A stretch of 27,874 nt of DNA. Source: Candidatus Sericytochromatia bacterium (lineage in GTDB: Bacteria; Cyanobacteriota; Sericytochromatia; S15B-MN24; UBA4093). A program made the position numbers and the translations under genes. The notes under the pieces were generated by a model. The model saw only the letters and a list, made by a program, of their open reading frames with translations. It made no database searches and was not told where the DNA came from. The DNA lies in the NCBI GenBank assembly GCA_036676985.1, contig JAKFBU010000042.1, positions 1-27,874 of the forward strand, read 5' to 3'. This document shows, piece by piece, positions 16,630 through 24,259 of this stretch (positions are counted from its first letter, which is position 1; every line of letters starts with the position of its first letter).

Positions 16630-17706
16630 ATGTTGTACCGACACCTCTTCACCTGCGCCCTCGCGCTCACCCTGTCCGGCTGTGCCGCCGGCCTGTGGCC
16701 GTTCACGGGCGGTCCATCGGTCCAGACCTTCGTCTCGGGCGGCAAGGGCTTCGCGGACGGTCCGGCGAGCCAGGCCCGTTTCTACTGGCCGGAAGCCCTG
16801 GCCCTCGGTGCCGACGGCACCCTGTACGTGTGCGACACGGGCAACTCGGCCATCCGCAAGGTCACCCCGGCGGGCGAGGTCTCCACGGTCGCCGGAGACG
16901 CTGACGGCTACGCGGAGGGCAAGGGAGCCCAGGCGCGGTTCAGCCGTCCGACGGGCATCACCGTGGGTCCGAACGGCGTCCTGTACGTGGCCGACACCGG
17001 CAACCACCGCATCCGGACGATTGCCCCCGACGGCACCGTCAGCACCTTGGCAGGCTCGATCGCCGGAAAGGCGGACGGCACGGCGGGCGAGGCCCGATTC
17101 CTCAGACCGAGCGCCCTGGTCGCGACGGCAGAGGGCCGGGTGTACGTGGCAGACGCCGGGAACAACCTGATCCGGCTGGTGGAGCCCGACGGCACGGTCA
17201 AGACGGTGGCGGGCGGCGGGGACGGGGGCGATGACGCGATGGACGGGCAGGGGAGCAGCGCCAGGTTCCAGCTGCCACGATCGCTTGCGATCGCGCCGGA
17301 AGGGCACCTCTGGATCGCGGACGGGGACAAGCTGCGTCGGCTCGATGCGGCGGGCAACGTCACGACGGTCGCCTCCCTTGGCCTCGGCATGCAAATCTAC
17401 GGCAACAACGGGATGTCCGGTGCCTCCTACGGGTCGGCCTCTTCGATCGTCTGCGACCAGGACGGCACCGTCTATGCCGCCTTCCCGGACCGCATCCAGC
17501 AGGTGGACCGGGAGGGGAAGGTCTCCTTCGTGGCCGGCTTCAACGACACCGTGATGACCAGCTTCGACGGGAACGTGGGGGATGCCGACGGCGCCGGCGG
17601 CAGCGCGCGCTTCCGGGTGGCGTGGGGCCTGGCGCTGGATGGCCGTGGCAACCTGTTCGTCTGCGAGCGGGAGCCAGGGCGCATCCGCAAGCTCGCCTTG
17701 CGCTGA
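16630..17706 (+). CDS. NHL-repeat beta-propeller lipoprotein
   Basis: ATG at 16630 (MLYRHLFTCALALTLSGC, lipobox). Six blades of the type G.ADG....ARF..P..LA...DG.LYVADTGN..IR. Confidence 0.9.
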   Translation: MLYRHLFTCALALTLSGCAAGLWPFTGGPSVQTFVSGGKGFADGPASQARFYWPEALALGADGTLYVCDTGNSAIRKVTPAGEVSTVAGDADGYAEGKGAQARFSRPTGITVGPNGVLYVADTGNHRIRTIAPDGTVSTLAGSIAGKADGTAGEARFLRPSALVATAEGRVYVADAGNNLIRLVEPDGTVKTVAGGGDGGDDAMDGQGSSARFQLPRSLAIAPEGHLWIADGDKLRRLDAAGNVTTVASLGLGMQIYGNNGMSGASYGSASSIVCDQDGTVYAAFPDRIQQVDREGKVSFVAGFNDTVMTSFDGNVGDADGAGGSARFRVAWGLALDGRGNLFVCEREPGRIRKLALR

Positions 17707-17754
17707 TCGGGCGGCCCGAGGTTCGGTAGCGGCTACGGACGAGCATCCGACAGA

Positions 17755-17772
17755 TAGGTAATATATTACCTA
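17755..17772. promoter_or_regulatory. Putative MarR autoregulatory operator overlapping a -10 element
   Basis: Perfect 18-bp palindrome TAGGTAATATATTACCTA ending 1 nt before the MarR ATG. It contains TATATT at 17762-17767. Confidence 0.8.
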
Positions 17773-17773
17773 C

Positions 17774-18238
17774 ATGAGAGACGAGGACCGCACCCCCCTT
17801 CAGGCCGAGCTGTTCGGCTCCCTGTTCTTGCTCACGCAGCACCTGGCCCGTCGAACGGACGTCGTCATGGAGCCCGTTGGGCTGACCACCAAGCAGTGGC
17901 TGCTCCTGGCGGTGCTCGTGAAACGCTTCGCCCACCGGTCGCCCACCCTGAGCGAGGCCGCCCAGGTCTACGGCTCCTCGCGCCAGAACGTGAAGCAGAT
18001 CGCCCTGCAGCTCCAGAGCCAGGGCTACCTGCGCCTGGTGGACGATCCGCAGGATCGCCGCGTCCTGCGCCTGGAGTTGAGCGACCGGATCGCGGATCTG
18101 GACTCGCTTCGCGAGCGCGAGCGCCAGGCGGGCCTGCTGGCCGAGCTGTTCGGGCACCTCTCGAAAGCGGATCTCGCAACCTTCAACGCCCTCGTCCGCC
18201 GCCAGTTGAGGGCGATCGCCCCCAGCGGCCTCGACTAA
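17774..18238 (+). CDS. MarR-family winged-helix transcriptional regulator
   Basis: GLTTKQWLLL...PTLSEAA...GSSRQNVKQIA..L...GYL....DPQDRRVLRL, the MarR D.RR wing motif. 154 aa. Confidence 0.93.
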   Translation: MRDEDRTPLQAELFGSLFLLTQHLARRTDVVMEPVGLTTKQWLLLAVLVKRFAHRSPTLSEAAQVYGSSRQNVKQIALQLQSQGYLRLVDDPQDRRVLRLELSDRIADLDSLRERERQAGLLAELFGHLSKADLATFNALVRRQLRAIAPSGLD

Positions 18239-18248
18239 GGAGCCCCCC

Positions 18249-19115
18249 ATGACCAACGCCACAAAACTCCTTGCCGCCACGCTCGTGACCCTGGGTCTCC
18301 CGGGCTGCGGGACCATGAAAAGCCACTTCGCGGCCGAGGTGGCCACCGCCGGGCTGTCGTCCGAAACGGCCCCCGGGACGGTTGTCACGGAGACCGACCT
18401 GCTGGCGCTTCCCGCGCCGGTGCAGCGCTACATGCGCTTCATGGGGGTCGTGGGACGGCCCCGGGACTGGTCCTTCCAGCTCAACAGCAAGGGGCGCTTC
18501 CGGCTCAAGCCCGAGGATGGCGCATGGTTCGACGTGGAGACCTGGCAATACAACACCCGGCTCGACGTGGCCCGGCTCTTTCGCATGGAAGGGCGCATGA
18601 GCGGCCTCCTGCCGGTCGTGGCGCGCGATACCTACGTGGCGGGCAAGGGCCGCATGGTCGGGAAGCTCTTCGACCTCGTCACGGTCGCGGACGGCCAGGG
18701 CCCCGAGTACGACCTCGGCGAGCTCGTGACCTACCTCAACGACGCCGTCCTGTTCGCTCCGTCCTTCCTGCTCGGGCCCGAAGTGACATGGTCGGCGATC
18801 GAGGCGGATGCCTTCGACGTCGCCCTGACGGATCGGGGGCGGACGGTCACGGCCCGGGTGCTGCTCGACGCGGAGGGCGGCGTGCGCGACTTCGTGACCA
18901 CGGATCGCTACCTGGAAGACCCCGAGGATCCCAAGCATCCGCTCGTCCGTGGGGAGTGGCACACGCCGGTGGTGGGGTGGCAACGGGTCGACGGGCGCGC
19001 CCTGCCCACGGCAGGCCAGGGCATGTGGCAATTGAAGCAAGGGCCCTACGTCTATGCCGAGCTGAACTTCGCGGCCAGCGGGTGCGAGTTCAACCTCCCG
19101 TCCGGCCGACCGTAG
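18249..19115 (+). CDS. Conserved exported protein/lipoprotein of unknown function (DUF6544-like)
   Basis: TAAGGAG RBS 10 nt after the MarR stop. Possible lipobox LPGC. Motifs DL..LPAPVQRY, D.Y..G.G.M..KL and GEL..YL....P..L recall DUF6544-type proteins (from memory). Confidence 0.7.
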   Translation: MTNATKLLAATLVTLGLPGCGTMKSHFAAEVATAGLSSETAPGTVVTETDLLALPAPVQRYMRFMGVVGRPRDWSFQLNSKGRFRLKPEDGAWFDVETWQYNTRLDVARLFRMEGRMSGLLPVVARDTYVAGKGRMVGKLFDLVTVADGQGPEYDLGELVTYLNDAVLFAPSFLLGPEVTWSAIEADAFDVALTDRGRTVTARVLLDAEGGVRDFVTTDRYLEDPEDPKHPLVRGEWHTPVVGWQRVDGRALPTAGQGMWQLKQGPYVYAELNFAASGCEFNLPSGRP

Positions 19116-19383
19116 GTCCACGAGCGGCCAATCTGACGGCCGCCCCGCACGTTACGAGGCGCCGAGGCCCAGCACACCTGGGGCGTGGGCGTCCCGGCGA
19201 CGCTGGGCCGGACCTCGGCCCTCCATCCCCCGACCACCACGCCTTCCGTGCCCGCGTCGCTGACGCAGCAGCTCCCCAAGATTTAAAGGAACCCTAACCG
19301 ACGCTTCCCTCTCCGTTAACCCCATGTTTGGTCGCTCCCCCGATAAGGAGGGCAGAAGACACGGGTCACGAGAGGGTACGCGC

Positions 19384-20103
19384 ATGTCGGACTTCATGCA
19401 GGTAGTCAATCAGATCGGGACGATCGCGGGCCAGGTGGCCACGGTCGTGGGCCAGGTCACCGGCCGTTCACCCGGCATCAACCCGGGCGCGCCCCTGCCG
19501 CCCTCCTACCCGCAGCCCGGCCCCATGGCCCAGGACCGCGTGCAGTGGTCGCCCGGCGCCGTGCCCGCCTATCCGACCTATCCCACGCAGCCGACCGCCC
19601 CGGTGCAGACGCTGCCCGCCCCCGTGCCGACCACGCCGGCGCCCGGCGGCTTCATGCAAGTGATGTCCGCCTTCTTCTCCAAGATCGCGAACTTTTTCAA
19701 GCAGCTCTTTGGCGGCGCCCAGCCGGGCGCTCCGGTCGGGGCCCCGCCCCCCACGGCGCCGGTGCCCATGGCGGACGCCCGCGAGCAGCTCTTCCAGATG
19801 TTCCCGACCGGCCAGGGTACGGTCCTCGGCTTCGTGCCCGTCACGGTGAGCAAGTACGCCGACCGCATCGTCGCCTCCGCCGGCAGCTTCGGCAGCGCCG
19901 CCATCGTGAAGTACCAGGGCGACTACCTGCTGTACGAGGGCAACAAGCAGCCCGTGAAGGTGTCGAGCGTCGTCAGCAGCCGCTCGGCCACCGGCGACAT
20001 GCACTTCGACATCACGCTCGAGAACGGGAAGAAGGTCGGCGCCGACATCTTGGCCGACGGCCGCACCATCCGCTACGACCGCTACACGCTCACGCTGCAT
20101 TAA
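19384..20103 (+). CDS. Hypothetical protein: Pro/Gln-rich N-terminal half with amphipathic helices, beta-rich C-terminal domain
   Basis: ATG at 19384 after AGAGGG. Strong third-position C/G codon bias. Followed by a terminator. No signal peptide. Confidence 0.8.
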   Translation: MSDFMQVVNQIGTIAGQVATVVGQVTGRSPGINPGAPLPPSYPQPGPMAQDRVQWSPGAVPAYPTYPTQPTAPVQTLPAPVPTTPAPGGFMQVMSAFFSKIANFFKQLFGGAQPGAPVGAPPPTAPVPMADAREQLFQMFPTGQGTVLGFVPVTVSKYADRIVASAGSFGSAAIVKYQGDYLLYEGNKQPVKVSSVVSSRSATGDMHFDITLENGKKVGADILADGRTIRYDRYTLTLH

Positions 20104-20118
20104 GCCACCCCGCCGCCC

Positions 20119-20161
20119 GCAGGGGACGCTCTCCGCTTGGAGAGCGCCCCCTGCCTTTTTA
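20119..20161 (+). terminator. Rho-independent terminator
   Basis: GCAGGGG-A-CGCTCTCC / GCTT loop / GGAGAGCG-C-CCCCTGC followed by CTTTTTA, 15 nt after the stop. Confidence 0.85.
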
Positions 20162-20280
20162 TGAATCAATTCATTTCCGTAAAGATTCCCGCTTCTTAAC
20201 CGAATCTGTACGCAACCTTTTCAGATCATTTACCTATAACCAAACCAACGACCGTCCTTATGCAAGAAACGAGGGAGTCA

Positions 20281-21255
20281 ATGAGCGGACCTATCGCGGA
20301 GCGCAGCTCGCTGCAACTGAACCCGGCGCGTCCCGCCCAGCCGACGGCCATGCGCCAGGAGGCGCCCGGCGAGCGGCTCAACCTGACGCTGGACCAGCTT
20401 TCCCTCTCCAAGATTGTCGCCGAGGCCCCCAAGAGCGAGGCCGACGTCATCCTCGAGCAGGTGATCCGCCCTGCGGTCGAGGCCGGCGAGCAGAAGCGCG
20501 ACGTCTTCGCGCCGGCGCCCATCTCGCCCGGGCCCTCGAAGGAGGCGATCGCCATCCAGAAGATTCGCTTCGCCGACATGGTGCGCGGCGGCAAGGAGTC
20601 CGAGCTCGACTTCGAGCGCTATCCCGGCGACCTGACGCCCCGTCCCCAGCCGCCCGTCTTCATCGACCGCGACCCGCGGACGGGCCAGCCCGATCTCCGG
20701 CTCAAGGAGCTGCGCGCGCGCATCTCGGGCGGCGACTACGACGTCTACGTGAAGATCGAGGGCGACGGCTCCATCGGCATCGACCGCATCATGAAGGGCG
20801 GCCGCAACATCACGTCCATCGCCAAGGACGCGGTCGTCGAGAAGATCAAGGAGGATCCTGCCCTCTACGGCACGCTCGCCGCGGTGGCGGTGGTGGGGGC
20901 GGTGGCCGCCGCCCACGAGTACGTCAAACGCACCGGCGACCCCATCGAGTTCGACGCGTTGAGCCACAACTTCCTCAAGCGCGACAACTTCAGCGTCAAG
21001 GGCAAGCTCAAGGCCGAGCTGACGGGTGACAGCAGCTTCGTTAGGGCCTCGGGCGCCGAGGTCGGCGCGCACTACACCACCGAGAAGCTCGACGCGTTCG
21101 CGAGCGCCAAGTACCGCGTGCATCACGACGAGTGGGAGGCCAACCTGGGGGCCAACTACAAGCTCGACAAGAACGTGAACCTGACGAGCGGGGCCTTCTA
21201 CCGGACCAAGAGCAAGGATTACGGGGCCTTCGTTGGCCTGAGCGCCGTCTTCTAG
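20281..21255 (+). CDS. Hypothetical protein with central hydrophobic helix and C-terminal amphipathic beta-strands ending in Phe
   Basis: GAGGGAG RBS before ATG 20281. Strong codon bias. Segment LYGTLAAVAVVGAVAAAH. Strands such as AEVGAHY, DAFASAKY, EANLGANY, NLTSGAFY, GAFVGLSAVF*. Confidence 0.82.
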   Translation: MSGPIAERSSLQLNPARPAQPTAMRQEAPGERLNLTLDQLSLSKIVAEAPKSEADVILEQVIRPAVEAGEQKRDVFAPAPISPGPSKEAIAIQKIRFADMVRGGKESELDFERYPGDLTPRPQPPVFIDRDPRTGQPDLRLKELRARISGGDYDVYVKIEGDGSIGIDRIMKGGRNITSIAKDAVVEKIKEDPALYGTLAAVAVVGAVAAAHEYVKRTGDPIEFDALSHNFLKRDNFSVKGKLKAELTGDSSFVRASGAEVGAHYTTEKLDAFASAKYRVHHDEWEANLGANYKLDKNVNLTSGAFYRTKSKDYGAFVGLSAVF

Positions 21256-21274
21256 ATCGAACGACCAGAGAATC

Positions 21275-21310
21275 AGCGGGTCCCGGCCGATGGCCGGGGC
21301 CCGCTTTCTC
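21275..21310 (+). terminator. Rho-independent terminator
   Basis: AGCGGGTCCCGGCC-GAT-GGCCGGGGCCCGCT followed by TTCTC, 19 nt after the stop. Confidence 0.72.
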
Positions 21311-21343
21311 GTGGGAAGGGCATTTCACCGGGATTGCCGACCC

Positions 21344-21478
21344 TGGATGCCCGCTTTCGCGAGCATGACGGGAGCGCCCAGTCACGTATCAAGGGCAAGC
21401 TCCCGTCAACCGTATCGTGGGAGAGGCTTTGCAGCGCCAAATCGGCGCTCCCGTCACCCTCGCGAACGCGGGGGTCCA
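21344..21478. repeat. Inverted pair of REP-like palindromic units (BIME-like)
   Basis: 21344-21378 (TGGATGCCCGCTTTCGCGAGCATGACGGGAGCGCC) matches the reverse complement of 21444-21478 (TGGACCCCCGCGTTCGCGAGGGTGACGGGAGCGCC) at 30/35 positions. Each unit is itself a hairpin. It resembles GTCATTCCCGCGAAAGCGGGAATCCA-type repeats. Confidence 0.82.
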
Positions 21479-21660
21479 CGGCCGGGACTCCGGCAGCAGC
21501 CCAACCAAGCGAGCGAGAAAAACTCCGCCGACCTCATGGTTGAATCCAAAGCGACGAAGCATTAGTTTGTGGGACATCCAAAGGGTTTGCCTTGGTGTGT
21601 GATCTCGATGCGGGGCGCAAGGGCCTCGAGCCCCCGCCACCCCCTAAAGAGGAGGCTCCC

Positions 21661-22563
21661 ATGATCCGTCTTCCTTGGCGCGCGAGCGTCACCGTCGCCA
21701 CCCTCGTGGCCCTCACCGGCTGCGGGTGGTTGCCCGGATCCTCCGGCCCGGTCGTGGACGCCGGGTCGGGCTTCGCCCTCATGGTCCAGGCCCCCGAGGC
21801 CTATCGCGGCAACAGCTCCGTGAGCATGCGCTTCAACATGCCCCGCCGCTCCGGCTACTCGGTCGCCGCCCTGGCCTCGGACATCGACCGGATCAACGTG
21901 ACCCTGCTCGAGATGGGCGCCATCTCGATGCCGGCCGACATCCCGATGCCCACGCCAGTCTCCATGCCCGCCGTCGGGCCGACCGCCCCGTCCCGTGAAC
22001 CGATCAAGCCGCCGCCCACCGAGCCGTGGCCGAGCGACCTGGAGGACTTTCCGACCATCCTCCCGGACAATCCCACCCAGCCGGTGGGGCGGCCCGCGCC
22101 GCCCAAGCCCATGCCGCCCGACATGGCCCCGCCCCCCGATATGGCCATCCTGCCGGCGCCGATGCCCATGCCGGGCGCCAAGCCCCTGGTCTCGTCGCCC
22201 ATCGTCGCCGAGGCCTCCATCAGCAAGCGAGATCTGGACAAGGGCCAGGGCGACGTGGTCTTCAACGACCTGAAGGCCGGCGTCTACGGCATCCAGATCG
22301 TCGCTCTGGACCGCGAAGGCCACGCCATCGGCAAGTCCATGCAGAGCGTGCAGGTGCTCGACGGCGAGACGACCTCCGTGGACACCCGCCTCGTGCTGTC
22401 GGGCTCCGGCAACGTCTCGGTGGGCGTGACCATCATCGAGGGTCAGGTCGGCGACGGTGGTGGTGCGGTCGACGGCTCGATCGGCGGCGACGTGGCCACC
22501 GCGAGCCCCGTCCTGCCCCCGCCCCCGCCGGTGCCCATGCCCTGGCCCCGCAAGGGCGGATAG
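21661..22563 (+). CDS. Lipoprotein with a long Pro/Met-rich insertion and a C-terminal beta-sandwich (carboxypeptidase-regulatory-like)
   Basis: GAGGAGG RBS before ATG 21661. Lipobox LTGC. VVFNDLKAGVYGIQIVALD..G..IG....VQVLDGETTSV pattern. Confidence 0.82.
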   Translation: MIRLPWRASVTVATLVALTGCGWLPGSSGPVVDAGSGFALMVQAPEAYRGNSSVSMRFNMPRRSGYSVAALASDIDRINVTLLEMGAISMPADIPMPTPVSMPAVGPTAPSREPIKPPPTEPWPSDLEDFPTILPDNPTQPVGRPAPPKPMPPDMAPPPDMAILPAPMPMPGAKPLVSSPIVAEASISKRDLDKGQGDVVFNDLKAGVYGIQIVALDREGHAIGKSMQSVQVLDGETTSVDTRLVLSGSGNVSVGVTIIEGQVGDGGGAVDGSIGGDVATASPVLPPPPPVPMPWPRKGG

Positions 22564-22618
22564 GCACTCCGAGCGGCATCCGCTCGTCCCATGTCGGCCG
22601 CGCAGGGAATTGGAGCTT

Positions 22619-22627
22619 TGCTATAAT
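22619..22627 (+). promoter_or_regulatory. Extended -10 promoter of the thioesterase/PPTase operon
   Basis: Perfect TGnTATAAT (TGCTATAAT) ending 29 nt upstream of the ATG at 22657. Confidence 0.7.
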
Positions 22628-22656
22628 GCCCCTTTCCCCTGGACGGGCCCTGGCAG

Positions 22657-23406
22657 ATGATCGACACTCCATGGCTGGCCTATCGCCGGCCCAACCCCAG
22701 AGCATCCATGCGCTTGTTCTGCTTTCCCTTCGCGGGCGGCGGAGCGAGCGCCTTTCGGATGTGGGTGCAGCGCCTGCCCGACGTGTTCGAGGTCTGCCCG
22801 GTCCAGCTGCCCGGGCGCGAGGGACGGCTGGCCGAGCCCCCGATCCACCGGATGGCGACCCTGGTCCCCGCGCTCGCCGAGGGGCTCCGAGCCCACATGG
22901 ACCGGCCTTTCGCCTTCTTCGGACACAGCATGGGGGCAGCTATGGCCTTTGCGCTCGCCCATCACCTGGAGAGCCTGGGCGCGCCCGGTCCGCGCCACCT
23001 GTTCGTTTCGGCCGGCAGCGCCCCGAGCCATCATGACGGCGCGCCCTTGCACCGCTTGGCGGATGCCGAGCTGGTCGAGGAGCTGCGGAGCCTGGGCGGC
23101 ACTCCGCCCGAGATCCTGGCGGACCCCGAATGGCTCGAGCTGCTATTGCCCCTCATGCGCGCGGACTTCGAGCTCCTCGAGACCTACTGCCCCCAAGGGG
23201 CCCGGGTGCGCTGTCCCATCTCGGCCTTCGGAGGACTGCATGACGGGCGCGTGCGCCGCGATCGCCTGGAAGCCTGGCAGTCCCTGACCCACGGCGCGTT
23301 CACCCTCCGCATGGTCCCAGGCGAGCACTTCTACCTGGGGTCGGCCATGGACCTGCTTGCCGAGGGAATGATCCAAGACCTGGGCCTCGCCCGCCCGGCC
23401 CTCTAG
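22657..23406 (+). CDS. Type II thioesterase (GrsT/RifR-like editing thioesterase)
   Basis: RLFCFPFAGGGAS, VQLPGREGR, FFGHSMGA (catalytic Ser), RADF, PGEHFYL (His). Confidence 0.95.
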   Translation: MIDTPWLAYRRPNPRASMRLFCFPFAGGGASAFRMWVQRLPDVFEVCPVQLPGREGRLAEPPIHRMATLVPALAEGLRAHMDRPFAFFGHSMGAAMAFALAHHLESLGAPGPRHLFVSAGSAPSHHDGAPLHRLADAELVEELRSLGGTPPEILADPEWLELLLPLMRADFELLETYCPQGARVRCPISAFGGLHDGRVRRDRLEAWQSLTHGAFTLRMVPGEHFYLGSAMDLLAEGMIQDLGLARPAL

Positions 23407-23408
23407 GC

Positions 23409-24086
23409 ATGGCTCCGCACGAGCTGCCGAGTCACGACCGGGTGGACGTCTGGCATGTCCCCCTGGACGTTCCGAGCGCGCGGCTCGAAGCCTCCAAGGC
23501 GCTCCTGTCGCCGGACGAACGAGCGCGCATGGAGCGCTACTGCTTCCAGCACGACCAGGCGCGGTTCGCCCATACCCGTGCGGTGCTCCGTCGCCTCCTG
23601 GGCGACGTGCTCGGCATGCCCGCCGCGGCCGTCTCCTTTGCCTACGGTCCCCATGGCAAGCCCCGGGTGCGAACTGCGTCCATGGACGTGCGCTTCAACG
23701 TCTCTCACTCGCATGAGGTCGCCCTCATCGCGATCGCCCTCGGACGCGAGGTGGGCATCGACGTGGAGCGGCGCCGGGCGGTGCCGGATGCCGGCACGAT
23801 CGCCCGCGACTCCTTCCCGCCCTCCGAGGCCGCCCTTGGCGACGAGGCCTTCTTGGAGCTCTGGACGCGCAAGGAGGCCGTCCTCAAGGCGAGCGGCCTC
23901 GGCCTCGCCGAGGGCCTTTCCGACGTGGAGGTGGGCGTCCGACCCCTGGCGGAACGGAGCGTGGTGGCGTTGGCGACGCATGGGAGCTGGTCGCTGCTGA
24001 GTTTCGAACCGTGCGAGGGCTACATCGCAGCGGTCGCCGCCGAGGGCTCAGGGTGGGAGCTGGCGCGGCATCGGGCGCCCGACTGA
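23409..24086 (+). CDS. 4'-phosphopantetheinyl transferase, Sfp/HetI type
   Basis: LLSPDERAR, YGPHGKP, FNVSHS, VGIDVE, WTRKEAVLKASGLGL. Confidence 0.95.
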   Translation: MAPHELPSHDRVDVWHVPLDVPSARLEASKALLSPDERARMERYCFQHDQARFAHTRAVLRRLLGDVLGMPAAAVSFAYGPHGKPRVRTASMDVRFNVSHSHEVALIAIALGREVGIDVERRRAVPDAGTIARDSFPPSEAALGDEAFLELWTRKEAVLKASGLGLAEGLSDVEVGVRPLAERSVVALATHGSWSLLSFEPCEGYIAAVAAEGSGWELARHRAPD

Positions 24087-24120
24087 TCCAACGACGTCCA
24101 AACGATAGAAGATCAAACCA

Positions 24121-24170
24121 AACAATTAGAGCCGCTTGCCTTATAATTCGATGAGAATTCCCTAATTTTG
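24121..24170 (+). promoter_or_regulatory. AT-rich promoter region upstream of the FAAL/NRPS genes
   Basis: TATAAT at 24142-24147 within an AT-rich intergenic stretch. Confidence 0.5.
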
Positions 24171-24259
24171 ACGGCCAAGGCGGTGCGATCGCCCGGGCGA
24201 CCCGCACGCGCCGCGCGCCAACGGCGAAAAGGCAGTCGGCCGCTCGTTCTTCGCCGCCT

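Noticed and set aside
19116-19280. Possible structured ncRNA/riboswitch (GCCGAGG/CCTCGGC and CCCAGC/GCTGGG pairings)
   Set aside because: Such pairings are easily produced by chance at this GC content, and I recognise no family motif. An Rfam scan would be needed.
21344-21478. Possible CRISPR array or IS terminal inverted repeats
   Set aside because: There are only two units and they are inverted, not direct with spacers. No cas or transposase gene is present and no target-site duplication is evident.
22570-22586. Hairpin CGAGCGG-CAT-CCGCTCG after the Pro-rich lipoprotein
   Set aside because: Short stem with a 3-nt loop and no U-tract, so too weak to call a terminator.
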